Below, piece by piece: positions 1 to 13,948 of a stretch of 64,000 bases of DNA (its first letter is position 1; each line of letters opens with the position of its first letter). Below the pieces are notes generated by a model. The model worked only from the letters and a program-made list of their open reading frames with translations. It was not told where the DNA came from and searched no databases. Source of the DNA: Botryllus schlosseri (lineage: Eukaryota); assembly GCA_051294905.1 (NCBI GenBank), contig CM119371.1, forward strand, positions 23,314,001 to 23,378,000, given 5' to 3'. The position numbers were made by a program, and so were the translations under genes.

Positions 1-1875
1 TGCATCTTCATTAAAAAAAATACTTCACCATACGGGGAAATAGCCTTTATGGTGAAGTAGCCTTTAACAGCCACACCCCGATAGAAGGTATTGGTATCAA
101 AGTTGCGGACATAGGCGCACAATCAACATATAGGCCTAGATACCGCCTAGTAGCCTCGACGCGAATTCAAATCAGTTACAGGACCTTCTTTCCAAACTTC
201 CAAGAGAAAGCTCGCTATTATAGGGAATTTCAAGGCCCATCACTCCTTTCTTGGGTCAGCGGTTGCCAACACAACTGGAAACCTGCTGGTTGAGATTATG
301 CAAAGTCGTAACTTAACATCACTTAACAATGGTCAACAATGGTCGGCCCACCGTGCTTCACATACAGAACAACTCCTGGTCTCTGATGGACCTTATGCTA
401 GCAACTAGCGTCATTGCAACACTGTGCAGTGTAGCCGAGACGTCAGAACTCCTGGATAGCGATCACTGTATCATCTCCAACCACATTGAAACCTGTATCC
501 CACCACTCTCAACGTTCTACCCGAAATGGAACATGGAAAAGGCCAACTGGGAAGACCAGAGAATGGTGCGAAATATTCGTAACATCGTCCTCACGAGTTG
601 TGGAAACTCGGAATCTGCCATCCGCAACCTTACTGAGAGTCTGTCATCAGCGGTCACAATATCGATCCCCAAAACGAGGCTTCATACCGGTGTCAGAGTC
701 CCGTGGTGGAACGACTCATGAGAAGGAAGAAGGTATGCGAGTCACACAAATGCAGTATCCTTCGTCACCGCATCCCCATCCGGGACGGAAATCGATTACC
801 TGGTCGTGGCAGGAGGTCGTCCCAAGTCGCTCGAGTTTCCTTTCCTTCAACTCCTTTACAAGCAATCCACTCTTCGACAGTTTTCACATTGGTACCGCAA
901 ACGTACTCCCAACACCACCATGGCTCGTATTGCCCCTCGTATGATCGAGTTTAACCGGGACAAGACACCCCCATGCGCTGATCGTATCCAGGGCTAATGA
1001 AACTTCACCAACCTCGTATCTTGAATACAACAAGATTTATACGGACGGCTCAAAGAGCCATTCGGGGACGGCATCGGCTTTCTATGTAGCAGAATTGAAC
1101 GCAATTCAAGATTTTTGGATAACCAACATATCAGTTATGTCAGCAGAATTATATGCTATCCTTCGAGCACTCTATCCGATAGCATTATGTAGGCCAGACA
1201 AATGTTTGATCATAAGCCATTCGGCATTCCTTATCAGCATTGCGTTGCATTTCCTCGTCAAGTCTCTATAAAGACCTTCTACCATTAAAAATTAACCACA
1301 TGCTCAACACGCTAGCCAGTCAGGGACTTGCCATAAAATTCATGTGGATTCCTAGCCACGTTGGAATAGCCGGTAACGAATGTGCCGACAAGCATGCTAG
1401 GCATGCAGATGAGAGAGGACAACAGTCGACTCGGTGATACCGGTGACAAGTTCGCATTGTCCGCGACATACATGGAAGAATAGAGACAAATTTATGCCAC
1501 CTCTGACTCTGCCCAGCAATACAACACTCTTCGTAGCCTCGACCGGATATCTTCCGTCAGAAAGACGCGCGGTCGACACTCCTTTTCCGCCTAAGAACGG
1601 GTCATTGCCGGTTAAATGGACACCTTAATCGTCTCCATCTACGCAGTACGGGACTATGCGACAGCTGTGGCTGCCAAGAAACGTTGTCGTCCCATTTCTT
1701 GTTACACTCCCCCCAATACGGACACTACGGACGTGAACTACTGGAGAAGACCGCCTGCATCCATCTTCCGTTCACTATAAAGGACATTTTATCTGAACCA
1801 TTGCTAGATGCCGAAATCTACGAATTTGTCGTGAAAACCGGGCGCATATTATGAATGTGCCAAATAACGCTTACT
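1..1875 (+). mobile_element. Degraded non-LTR retrotransposon ORF2 (I-group-like: AP endonuclease + RNase H + C-terminal Cys/His knuckle), RT domain apparently deleted
   Basis: 329-721 gives DLMLAT...DSDHCII...PKWNMEKANWED (APE C-terminus). ~1030-1437 gives KIYTDGSK...SAELYAILRAL and KFMWIPSHVGIAGNECADKHA (RNase H). ~1655-1720 gives CDSCGCQET..HFLLH. Multiple frameshifts. Confidence 0.85.
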
Positions 1876-2340
1876 TACATCATCGTAGTCAGACTGTGTA
1901 TAAAGCGTAAATCGCTACACACAAAACATAGTTGACTCCAGGAATTCTTTTTATTTGAAGCGATTTGATGTAACGTGGGTGATTCCCTTATAGAAAGGAT
2001 TTGCGACCGCAAATTTGCAGCATTTGTAAGCCTACTAGCTATGTACTTATAATTAATGAATGATGTAGTCCTATGGAATACAACGGAAGTTAGTACTTGG
2101 CGAGCCGCGATAGCAGTAGGCCTACTATTTAGTGTCGCATTAAGCATAGAATAATGTCGGCTTGTTTTACCTGTATTAACCCAAGTTGGCTTGTTTTACC
2201 TGTATTAACCTAAGTTAACTTATGAATCTGCTTGAGAGTGGAAAAATTCAGGCGCTTCAATATAGAAAGAAACCGGCATTTAACGATACAATACATGGCT
2301 AAAATTATGAGTAACGTGGGAAAAGGGACTAGGTAAGCCA

Positions 2341-3406
2341 TAGGGATGGTGTGAACCTCTGAAAGGTTCAGGTTCGTGTGAACGCGAACCTTTTTGAAAA
2401 GTTCTGTGTGAACGCTAATGTGAACCTCGTGACGTCACATGACGTCACATGACGTCATATTGTTTATTTCAACCCCACATTTCAGTGCAGTGATAGCCTA
2501 CATAAATCTGCGCGATACCTAGCGACGTCTAGGGCCACATAATGCCACAGTACATATTGACGTTTTGAACATCGCGAAATGTATTAATTGGGGCAATCAA
2601 ATGTTATAATAATCCCTTAAAATAAAATCTGTGGCCAACAATTTCGACGAGGACTTGCCAGGGAATATAAGCTTATGCCTTATCGGTCTAGGCCAGACCA
2701 TGTATTCGGCGTTAGAGTATTGCTACGTTTGATACTGAGTAAAGTGTAAAACGGGTTTCTCTACTTGCTACCTATATTACCCCATTGGGTTTCTCTACTT
2801 GCTACCTATATTACCCCATTAACAAGTTGTACAGCAGTAGCCAACACCCTGCAAGCGCACGGATTTGGTTTTTATGATACGATGAACATATGAAATCAAG
2901 ATTGACCCCCGTACGCCTGCTAGATTTTCTAGATTTTCTTACATCAGACAACGGTATCAACTTCATCGAGTGGCTGAATAAGCATCATTCGCCCACTACA
3001 TGTTTAGTGTATTTCGCTCTTGATGTTGTGCGATTGCGGGTCACTAGATATTCGATCAAACTTGTTGTGCGATTGCGGGTCACTAGATATTCGATCAAAC
3101 TTTTGTAACAAAGCAAGAAATTTGCAAGAAATTTTTTAAAATTGCCAAGGTGAATGCTCACTTAGTGCTGATTTTGTTATGCTGCCAGTGCCATGCATAT
3201 AGTGGTCCGCAGTTGAAATGCAATAAATTTCAATCAGAGATGTTATTATGAAGTGTCAAAGATGTTATTATGAAGTGAAAATTGCAATATATGAAAATGG
3301 TTCACAGTACAGAACCTACCAAGGTTCGTTCGTGAACGTGAACCTCTAAATTCCAGAGGTTCACGCACAGAACGCGAACGTGAACCTCACGTTCACACCA
3401 TCCCTA
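2341..3406. mobile_element. hAT-type MITE
   Basis: TIR TAGGGATGGTGTGAAC / GTTCACACCATCCCTA; perfect 8-bp TSD GTAAGCCA (2333-2340, 3407-3414); related copy at 21554-22498. Confidence 0.92.
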
Positions 3407-3434
3407 GTAAGCCAGGAATGAGGTTACGTTAACT

Positions 3435-4220
3435 CGGGGGTGGCCAGCCTGCGGCCGTAGAATGAAATTTGTGCGGCCGTGGACACGTAATTCAATTAGT
3501 ATGACTTGGCGGCCGTCAAAATGCCCTTTAAATTTAGGAATTGAAGTGACTCCCGATTTCTTGAAGATATTGTAATTAATTTTGAAATTTTATTCGTGCC
3601 GCGCGCGATTCAATGATACTTCGTTTTACGTGTTTAATATAGTAGCGCCATTTGCAATCACAGCCCCATATTACAGATGCGAACAGCAAAGGAAAATGAT
3701 TTGCCTCATCTAGAAACACCAACTCGAATTCGTGTGGTTCTCACTTTACCAACAATCCTGAATGAAGGTCAATAAATACCAGCAAGCAACAAAGTGCCAG
3801 CAAGCAACAAAGTGAGTAATAACACCGAAGATACATCATCATTTATAACTTGACCCGAAATTCTCAAAAACACCCTCTTGATCAACTCTACCGGTGAATC
3901 TGATCACATGGGTTGAGAAAGGATAAATGTTTTATAGTAATATGTAAAACTATAATGACGAAATTTAAGCGAATCTAAAATTTTTTTCGCGCTTGGCGCG
4001 ACTGTTAACGTGCCCATGACTTGACCAGTGACATCTCGCGATTTTGGGGCATACAGTAACCCTATATGATTAAATAGATTAGTCCGGAGTTCTACTGGAA
4101 ATGGACATATACATTTGAACATGGGTATTTTGCGCCCAGCTACTTCATTATGACTATGTCCTGGAATGCGGCCGTTGGCTACATGAATAGTCGAAATGGC
4201 AAAAAGGTTGGCCACCCCTG
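3435..4220. mobile_element. hAT-type MITE (CAGGGGTGGCCA-like ends)
   Basis: Ends CGGGGGTGGCCA / TGGCCACCCCTG; degenerate TSD CGTTAACT/CGTCAACG; the paralogue shows an empty site at ~63075-63100. Confidence 0.8.
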
Positions 4221-6299
4221 CGTCAACGGGTTACTGTGGCATGATCACCACATATGATGTCACAACGTCCTATCGCAAGATTGACAGAGGCAAAATCCCA
4301 TTGATTGCTCCTGTCTGCACCAGATGCTGAATTGATTTCTAATCAAATCGCTCAACATACCTTACATCGCATCATCTACGTCCATTTCAGTACCGAATGC
4401 AATCCTAGCTGCATAATTGAATGGAATCATACACCTATATTTCATTCGCTCATCTACGCGCACTTTTAAGACATTTCTAATGGCATAGAGGAGGTAAACA
4501 CCGTAGATCGGCGGCTCACAACCCTTCTTTGGCCGTGTCACATTTGCGGTTTAAATATGTTCTGTGGCCAACCTCTGATCCTAGAGTCATAGTCCTGTTC
4601 AATGCATGGTAATTGCCGCTGCCGATATTTCTCTAAAACGTCCGCATTTTTATCTTGCTATCATTCATGTTTGAATCTAGACAGTTTGGGACATGAAATC
4701 CAGCTGCCCCGAGGCCATTAACGATATAAATCTGACAAAACGAGTGGCGAACCTTCTCGCAGGCCAGATTTATCCGCCCCTGGCTTAATGTATCGAGGTA
4801 GAACAGGGGTTGCCAACGTGGAAATTTAATGTATCGAGGTAGAACAGTGGTGGCGAACGTGGAAATTGGTAATATATCTAATTCCGATAATCACCTTCTC
4901 CCTTAAAACCTTCTAGCCGGCCATATGTGGCTGCTGCAGAGTGGGTAACTGTTCGGTCACTTGGGACCTGTATATAGAATTATACTTGTGACCTATATAT
5001 AGAATTATACTACCTGTTTTACGTCGATAGCGAGCAACGTGGACTTTGATTTTAATCGCCCGTCGGTCAAATGTTTCTGAAGAAATAGCAGAGTTTTGAC
5101 CTCTTTGCTGTCATCTTCTCCCTGGAAAACATCATTTTCATCGAGTTAGTATATTTGGCCGTGAAAACAATCACATGAATTTCGAGGCAACGTATAAGAA
5201 TCATTTGTTTGGTACAGCCCCCGTGAGCGATCTGAAGGTTTGAATCCGGCCCACGATGCCAGTTCAGTTTGACACCCTTGCCCTAGAGTGATCTTATCGT
5301 ACTAATTTCTGTCGTGTTCAGCTATAGGATGTATTCAGTATGGGTGTGTAATAATATATAATTTAGTACTGACCGTTCCTTCAGAAATTGCACCAATCAT
5401 CTTATCCACAGTAGAGAGCATAACACGGTACTGTTGTATCATTTGCGATATCGAGCATGATGTTGAAAGCTCAAATTCTTCTCGGATCTGAACATTCAAG
5501 CAGAACATTAGCATCTTATCACTAAGGTTATCACTCACAATCATTGAGAATGTGAGCACAATCATTGAGAATGTGAGCACATTCTTGCCAAGAACCCAGA
5601 TATTCAACTATAGCTTCATATAGAAAAGATACGGAAATTTCTTTTGTGAGCACAATCATTGAGAATGAGATACGGAAATTTCTTTTGTGAGCACAATCAT
5701 TGAGAATGTGAGCACATTCTTGCCAAGAACCCAGATACTCAACTATAGCTTCATATAGAAAAGATACGGAAATTTCTTCAGTATTTCACGAACACTTCGT
5801 GTGGGCGTATCCGCTAATATTTGGCGACGTGAGCTGTGAAATTTGTTGAACAGCGCGCCAATTTTTGACCAGTCCGGATCATGCTTCTAATCCTCTTTGC
5901 CAGAAGTTCTTCGCTGGCAGATACCATCTGGTCATTCCCTTATAATAATCAACGGTTATCAAAACAGAAGATGATTGAAATCATATGAGATGCTACCCTC
6001 GATTGAACAGAAACTGGAATATTTTAAGTTATAATATACCTGCACTGTAGTTCTTGGTATTCGGCAGGAAACGGTGATGTTATTCGAAACGGTGATGTTA
6101 TTGAAAGGCACTAACCTGATGTCGATGTGGTTTAGGCATCTGCTCTAGTTACCATTTTCCCCAACTCTTTTTCAAGGCAAGTCACGAGTCATGTAAAGGT
6201 AACCTTCAACATCTCACTAGTCAAGTCGAATCAATAAGCAACTCCGATCTCGACTCAATTTGAAGTCACCGATTATTCATATTTCGCGTTGCGTAAATC

Positions 6300-6969
6300 T
6301 AAACGCAGATGCAGATGTGCATGCATATTGGAGAGTCGTCGACTAACTTGTCAAACTGACTCCATTGTTGCTGCTGCAGATACTATTAATGCGATATTTA
6401 AAGAAACCACCTACGATTAACTACTAAAAGTTTACAACCCGTCAAAATAAGGATATTAGCTTCAGTGATTTTCAGGCATTGAAGTTGTAGGCTACATACA
6501 CTTCAATTTCGCTAGTTCTGTAACTAGTGTTTACGGCATAAAGACGAACTGAACTCTATGGATTACCATCGATGACTGTCTTTGACCACATCTGTCCCTG
6601 ACAGACGCAACTGACCGTACAAGCTGAACTCTAAATAACCTAGACTCAAAATTATGCGAACAGCTTCAATAGGCAGCTCTATCGAGAAAAATTATATGAG
6701 AAAGAATTGTATTCAGATGTCTTGGCAATAACAGATCAAGAAATATAATAACAGATCAAGAAATATAAATAAGACACAATATGTAATCGAACTATAAAAT
6801 ACATGTCACGGAAACGGCAGAATTAGCATAGGGATGTTGCTCTTGTGAAGCAGGATAAAGGTATGGTATCACAGTAACTATACGTGAAGCAGGGTTAAGG
6901 TATGGTATCACAGTAATTATACAACAAAAGAGGAAAGGTATGTTAAAACACAAATACACAAATCAGACA
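6300..6969 (-). pseudogene. XK-related pseudogene fragment (C-terminal half)
   Basis: Minus strand gives SCFTRA (cf. TCLSRA in the 57272 ORF); nucleotide homology to 12400-12745 (tccctgacagacgcaactga). Confidence 0.45.
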
Positions 6970-6977
6970 GTTATAAG

Positions 6978-8322
6978 CAGGCCGTGTTATTTTTGGCATT
7001 TCAGGAGCCAGATGCCAAAACTGCCAAAAATGAAAATTTGAAAATGACAAAAATAAGCAATTTTTGGCATACGCCAAAAATAACACGGACTGCCAAATAG
7101 TGTATTTCGTTCATGGTGTTGTGTTAACAGGACCGCGTTACAGGCGAGAAGAGCGTTTGTGAAAGGCAGGTTTCTTAATCTGGGTCCAGCCCACCCATTA
7201 GGGATGAAAGCATGGTGTCCTAAATGGTGTGGGCACAGCGAGATTGAATGGCTGACTACATTTGGTTTACGTCATACTTTCCATTTGTCCAAAGGCAGTT
7301 TTACGACCATTTTTGAATGGCTGGTCGAGTGCTAAATTTGATGAAACGGGTATCAATGAGAAGCTGCGGCAGTACTGATTATTAAAATATAAATTATATT
7401 CTGCTCATGGAACTGGAACTCCCAAAATCAACCACGATTTTTGCATTGTGATCGAGTTGAACATTGTGACGCAACAAATCTGAGCTGCATAGTCTCGTTT
7501 TGCCAGACAGTCTTGTTGAGTCAATGTTCTTAACAAGCAAACCTTCCCAGGACTCTTCCATGCGAGTTGGTAATATTAAAGCCACCTGAAGAGAAAAAAT
7601 TTCCTCAGAAAATATATCGGTAGACTGAAGGAGAAATGATAGTCGGGCTACTAAATAGAATGTGTTGAGATACAACACAGGAAACTCCTGGAAAAGGATC
7701 AGGAAGAAAATTATTTCCGCGATGAGATCGATGGCACTGGCGAAGTGATCTCTTTTCACGATGCATCGAAGCCGGTTCGGCCCTCCAAAGATTTTGAAGC
7801 TCTGAAAACCTTTTGTGGATGACTGGCAACATTCTTTCCCTCAGCGGCTACTGTTGGAGCCGATATTTCCCAGATTCGCTGGGCGAGAAATGAATTTAGG
7901 AGTAACTTAGCTGACCTGAGTTTGGAAGCACTGCTACTGTTCAAACGATTTAAGTTTATTCAACAGCTGTGACAATCAGCTGTTGAGCGTGTTTGTTGGG
8001 CTTCTTTTTTTTTGCTCATTGGCACCGATTCCGATGGATAGGCTACTGCACATTTTATGGTTTCGTTTGATATAATTAACCAATGAAATCGTTAGGTTTT
8101 TTCTTCTCTTATTGTTTGTTGGCACTGATTATACGTGGATGCAGCACATTTTGTGGTGTCTTTTGACAAACTAGCCCAAATAAAGCGTTTTTATGACTAA
8201 TTCGAGGCTGAAACTATCTATTTAGAGGACGATGCCAAAACTGCCAAAATTAAAAAATCGAAAAATGCCAAAAATAAGTTATTTTTGGCAGTTTTGGCAT
8301 ATGCCAAAAATAACACGGCCTG
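6978..8322 (+). mobile_element. Internally deleted hAT transposon with transposase C-terminal remnant
   Basis: TIR CAGGCCGTGTTATTTTTGGCAT; perfect TSD GTTATAAG; ~7790-7970 translates FEALKTFCG*LATFFPSAATVGADISQIRWARNEFRSNLADLSLEALL (hAT dimerisation-like). Confidence 0.9.
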
Positions 8323-8330
8323 GTTATAAG

Positions 8331-10869
8331 GGACTGAAAAAATACCCAGTCACCATTGCCAAGTATTTGCAATATAACCGGACCAAGACACATGCTTGTA
8401 ATGGTTTTGATATTCCGCCAGCGTATCGGGTCAGCAACAGAAAATATACTTTCGTATAAAATGAATAATCGGTTGGAAGTTCAACACGCATGCTTTGCGT
8501 CTGCGGTTGGATGCGGATCACCCGGAATTGGAACTAATATGAATCACCAATTGGATAGTCATACGGTCACGAATCCCAGTTGACGTTGTACTACAATAAA
8601 TCTTAACAGGGTAGAGTTTCTTCGTGACGGAAATTATGCAGAAAGTTTGTCCGATTTTAGCACGTATTTGATACATTCGATCGTAGCATTATCCAGATCA
8701 CAAAGTTCTAAAGATAAAATACACCACCTGAAAACGTGTTATTGGTGTATTTTGAGAACGTGTTGTTGGTGGACAATATTAGATATCGTCAACAGCGTAT
8801 CGAGGCTGCTAACCAGAGACAACTTTTCCTGCAACCATCACAACTGAAAATACGACTCCTGCGGAACATGTGGCAACGCTGACGCTGGTAGGACCTCGAT
8901 TTCCACCGATGCACATTCTTCTTCGACCTGGTTCGACGGTAATCTGCGTATCTTGCAATCTAAATCATAGTTTTCTTTTCTATGATCAGCAATCTTTACA
9001 TCTCCCGACTCGACTTGCTGCTTGTCCCGAATTCAGATCCCTGCATAAACGGACTTGTGCAATTTTACGGTTAAGCAGCAGAACTCCTCTGTTGCGGGTG
9101 TATGCTGGGATTTGAACAATGGTGCACCCAAATAAATTTTCGCCGTCTTTTTATTCCCGGTTTTCATAGTTGAGGAGGTTGACTTGTTTTGCGTTCAACG
9201 GACACATATTTCTACATATTTATTCTTCGTGCTGGTTCGGTGGTGCTTTCCGTATCGTCGAATCTGAATTTGAGTTTTCTCTTCTATGATGATCTCTCTT
9301 TACATCTTCCGACTTGGACTTGCTTTCTATACCTGACTTATGCAATTTTCTTTGTATGCTGCGGAACCCCTCTGTTGCGGGCGTATGCTGCATTTCAAAC
9401 GCCCATGAGCCCGAATCTAGTTTTGTCTTCGTTTCAATCCTGCTTTTCATACTTATTGACGCTGATCTTTGTGTTCCACAGACACATGTTTCGCAACCGT
9501 GCCCGCTGGACTTGGCCAATCTTTTTTCGTCGACTGGGTTCGCGCCCTTGGCGGTTACCGACTTCAACGCAATATCACGAGACGTCAAAAATTTCCTCTT
9601 CCTTGGTCGATTACCAATGCATTTTAATACGGTATAATGTGGTGGTTCGAATGTCAATATTTCCAAACTAGATTCGGTGCGATTTGCAAGGTTCAGATCT
9701 TTCTTTGAACACGTTGCAGGCCGTGCTTTCCCATTAATATCGCATTCAGTGTGCTTTCCAAAGTCAACCGTTTTGCGTTCTGATATTTTCCCACCAGAGA
9801 CGATCGACTTCCCAGTTACATCTTCTTAGCTGGTGCCTCGGCGTTTTGAGTAAGCCAATTTAACATGTTCACTCGAATTGGTGATAATTTCCTTTTCCTT
9901 GTCCCATTCCATTTCGGATTATCTTCTCTCCACTTGCGAAGTCTTTCTTGGCTTGATCACTTCGTGAATCGGTCCCTTAGGCTTGTTATCGATGCGAATT
10001 TTCGGCCGATGAGCAGCGACGACGATAGCTTCCTTTCTCACTCTTTTGCGTACGTTTTGCTACGTCCAACAATGCGAGCAAATGGTCACCATTCCAAGAC
10101 GATGACTCTTCATTTATCATCGGAAATTTCTTTACATCTGTTTGATTTGATCGTCACTTTCATTTCTCGCTCATTGAGATATTGCTAATTGCGTGTTCAA
10201 TTATTAATCTGGTCGCAGCTGATACGATCGGAATAGAATCAATTGTTGTATGTCCGGTCCGTGGTACAAAGAAGTTATAATGAGCTTTTTCGGTCATTAA
10301 CGGTCATTATCTGACAAGGTCGGAAAATCTTCAATTGTTGTCAGTCCAGTCCAGTTATAACGAAAGATTATGACTAGGGCAAGTTTTTGCAACTTCTTTT
10401 TACAGCTACCGGCAGCTTTCTAGATACTCGTAAGATATGTAGAATGCAGTTTTAAGCTGTTTGAAGGAATCTTATAGTGCAACTATTTGCAACTTTTGTC
10501 CATATTTTCATGCAACTTTTTGCCACATTTTGCAACTTTCTCGATTTTTCATGAAAGTATTTTCGTTGGTGAAATACACGACAAAATTCGACTGAAACAC
10601 CGTAAATCAGCACCGAAGTAACGCTTTACTGGTATTTCGGGAGCTGAGCCGGAAAATTGACCGTTTTTTAGTCAACCGATTAAAATGTGGTCAAAATGCA
10701 ACTTCTGCAACTTTTTTCAAAAATAAATGCAACTTTCCACGGATTTAACTGCAACAAAAACTTGCCCTAATTATGACTAATTGGGTGTGCTGTCATCGTC
10801 ATAATCTGACGTTCGCGGTTTATCAAGAAGATAGGATTGGAACATTCAATTACCTCTTTATCAGATCAT
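8331..10869 (-). pseudogene. XK-related pseudogene with long, internally repeated hydrophilic N-terminal extension (copy A)
   Basis: Downstream part translates ETLPC...FILVPIP...VYFLLLTR, matching EVIPF...FIAVQIP...SFLCLSR of the 47298 ORF. Upstream part is K/S/E-rich (ORF 9220-9666). Colinear with 18700-20972; stops and frameshifts present. Confidence 0.55.
10375..10769. mobile_element. hAT-type MITE
   Basis: TIR TAGGGCAAGTTTTTG; perfect TSD ATTATGAC; absent from the paralogous site at ~20870. Confidence 0.92.
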
Positions 10870-11546
10870 GGCCGAGTAATTGAGGGTAGCCTGTCAATGG
10901 ACAGTCGAGAATTAAAATGAGGGCGCATTAACTATATAGTGTAAATTTGTTTTCAACTTCATGATGCATGTACGTTGTACCTCAACAATTCGTTATTCCT
11001 AAACAATTCGGTATTCCTAATCATTTCAATCATTCTAATACAACTCAACCACATTCTAAATTTCAATCATACCTTTCAAGTAGCGAGTCGACTCGCGAAG
11101 AATATATGATTCATTGCGCCCCGTTAATAGTGTCAGTGTGCAGAATAGCGATGGATCCTACATATATATATACCAAGATATTTACACAAGTATTAACTTC
11201 ACAAAATTTCGTTTTGTCACATTGGTCGCGAACCAGTGGTTCAATAGACATGTCAAAATGATGTTAATGCGCATCTACAATCTGCAGTTCTAACGACAAA
11301 TGTATTTCGCTCTATTTTCAAGGTATGCCACAATCACGACTGAAGTCAATCAAATTTTCAGAATGCTACAAGTCCAGTCGAGTCAATTCTATTTGTCTGA
11401 TTTTGCCTGAATACCAAATAATAATTTTTGTCTCTTGATGTAAGATGCAGCAAACAATACGTTCATAATGCAAATTTATTCCACTCAATGCTATAATGCA
11501 GCATTTCAGTTAATTGACCCACCTTGCATTAAATTGTACTCACATG

Positions 11547-11738
11547 CAATGTTTCCTCTAATTTTTTGACGAGTCTGCGCACACTCACCAACTCACTGCG
11601 CAAACCCTTGGACAACAGCGCGTAATGACTAAAAAAAGGTCATCACTTCGGATTTTTTGTGCGCAACTTAGGTTATGTGCGCAGAGACCGTTACAGTATT
11701 GCGCATTTGCACACGTGCGCAGCTTAGAGGGAACATTG
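11547..11738. mobile_element. Short hAT-type MITE
   Basis: Ends CAATGTTTCCTCTAA / TTAGAGGGAACATTG; TSD CTCACATG/TTCACATG. Confidence 0.85.
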
Positions 11739-12229
11739 TTCACATGGTATTGAGAGCATTGAGTATACTCAGTTAAAAGTATTATTAGTGATCTAAATGT
11801 GTTAAAAGTATTATTAGTGATCTAAATGTGACTCCTTTCGTCTCAGTTGTTCAGAAATGGTATACAGTCAATTTTGACAGGTTTCTCGAGGTCTATTCGT
11901 ATACGCATGTGTATATTCCTGTGTATCCTCTTACATCAAATAGACATTTCGGAGTACAGAACTTCAATATTGCAGCAAACAATACGTTCATATTGCAAAT
12001 TTATTCCACTTGAAGCTTTTCGACTGGCCCGCTTCATGAGTGACCGCCAGTAAATGAGGTTAACCAAGTTCGAAATCTGACCAGAGATGGTAAATACTGA
12101 TCGTTGAAGTACTTTTACTCATTCGAAGTACTAAAGTAATTTTTACTTAGTTCCTCAAGTGCTTGTATTCTTAGTTTAGCTCTACTTCTACTTTTGAGAC
12201 AGAGCGACAAACATCGTAGATTTTCATTC

Positions 12230-13060
12230 GGTAAAATAGAAAGTACATGTGTGATATGTGTGGATCATTTTTATGAGTGAAATTTTGACATGAATTGAGC
12301 AAAATAGCCCTCCAACGTATGATATGGATATATATTTGCAATTTGCACCCAGAGTACCACTATAACGCACCATTTTCCGATAGTCGCAAATGCACGCTGC
12401 AGTTAAGAAAGTATCCACCTCTAATTAACTATTAAAATTTTGGAAACCTTAAATCTCCTATCTACACGAATACTTCAGGACCAATAATCAGTAGGCCTAC
12501 TTCCCTCTTCACATCACTACTTCCACTACGTGGATTTGAACATAAATTTACGGCATTACATCTTATTCTTGTCGAGCAACGCTGACTCCCTGTCCAGATT
12601 TCCCTGACAGACGCAACTGATCGCACAAGCTGGACTCAATATAGGTTGGACTCAAAATTATTCCAGGGACTTTAATCGATGACCTGATTAGAAAAAATCA
12701 AAATAGAAATAACAATTATCGCATACAGACTTTGGCAATGACATGACAAGTAATTACCTTAATGTACCTGCCTTATATACCAGGGTTCACGAACTCGAGT
12801 GTGATCTCTTATTGGGCTCAAGCTGTATATAGGTGACGTTTTGAATGCTCTTGGGATTGGCTGGATCAGCGGGTTACGCTTGGTACTTATCAGATGCTTA
12901 CATCACATTGAATTGACTTGTAAGTGTTGTCAAAGTCCCTAATGATAACGCAGCGAAGAGGTGTGGATGTACGCCCAGGCTATGCTGAATATGGTATGTC
13001 AAAGTCCTTTTTGATCGCGCAGAAAAGAGGTGTAAAGAAAAGCACAGACTATGCTCCATA
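12230..13060 (-). pseudogene. XK-related pseudogene (left arm of head-to-head pair)
   Basis: Minus strand gives LIQPIPRA..HLYT (cf. IFQSIPQLCLHLYT), then IRSSIKV and VQPIL (cf. KRSSIRL, LTPIL). Confidence 0.6.
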
Positions 13061-13948
13061 GTATCCAGCATAGTTTAGATATCATATCCAGCATGAGCTG
13101 TGCTTACTTTACACCTATCTGCAGCATCATTAAGCAGGGCTTTGGAGCCGAAGCCGGAGCCGGAGCCGTGCATTTTTACCGGAGCTGGAGCCGGAGCCGG
13201 AGCTCTAGATAAAATTCAGCCGGAGCCGGATCTGGAGCCAGTTATTTGAGAGGTAGCTCCGGCTCCGGCGCATTTCACAAGATGCTATTATATATGCAAC
13301 AACCATATCTGCTGAGTTCACTTAATTCAACAGCAGGCCTTCGCGAAATTAAGAATATTTTCAATTTTGGCGCCACCTTTTCCGACTAACCATATTCCTG
13401 GGGATTTAACAGCAGAGCAGTCGTATGTTCAATGTTCAATTTTCATACATTAGTGCCGAACCTCGGCATGCGAAATGTGCCTGTGAATATTGTGGGTATT
13501 CGGCATACCCGCAATTTCATCATCAGCACAACCTTGTTGACTAATTGTATACGGTTCGAAAATATTGATCACCATGTATTACGCGAAATTGGAGATACGA
13601 TATAAACGTGATTTCGTTGCACATGTCGATATGACGAGCACGAGCCGAGAAATTCCATCTCATTGTTGCTATGAATCGGATGAGCAAATACTCGTTCTTT
13701 CGTGATAGTTCTTTAATTGGGCTGCGAAATTGGACGGTGTTATTGAGTATGCAATTATGCATGCTGATTGGAATTCATTACTGCGCATCATCGTCATTCA
13801 CTCTAGTACGGATTTTCGAGCGTAAATAGGGGATGGCAGAAGAGTAGCCCAAAACCCCATGGTATTTTATGTTGGAGACAAATTACTGATTTGATACGCG
13901 ATTTCCAATTTGTAATCATCTGTTTCGTGAACTTGCAAATGTGCAATG

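Larger units (their letters stand above)
1880..4750 (+). pseudogene. XK-related pseudogene, interrupted by two MITEs
   Basis: Colinear nucleotide similarity with 62630-63965, which translates into recognisable XK-like blocks; e.g. gtaaacaccgtagatcgg(c/t)ggct is shared. Confidence 0.55.

Noticed and set aside
7394..7944. Minus-strand ORFs as genes
   Set aside because: Antisense to the hAT transposase remnant.
9189..9671. 160-aa hydrophobic + strand ORF as a gene
   Set aside because: Antisense shadow of the K/E-rich minus-strand pseudogene; frame not conserved in the paralogue.
13135..13270. GAGAGA-like repetitive coding exon (GGAGCC repeats)
   Set aside because: Subterminal repeats of a DNA transposon, also present at the other end (16120-16208).
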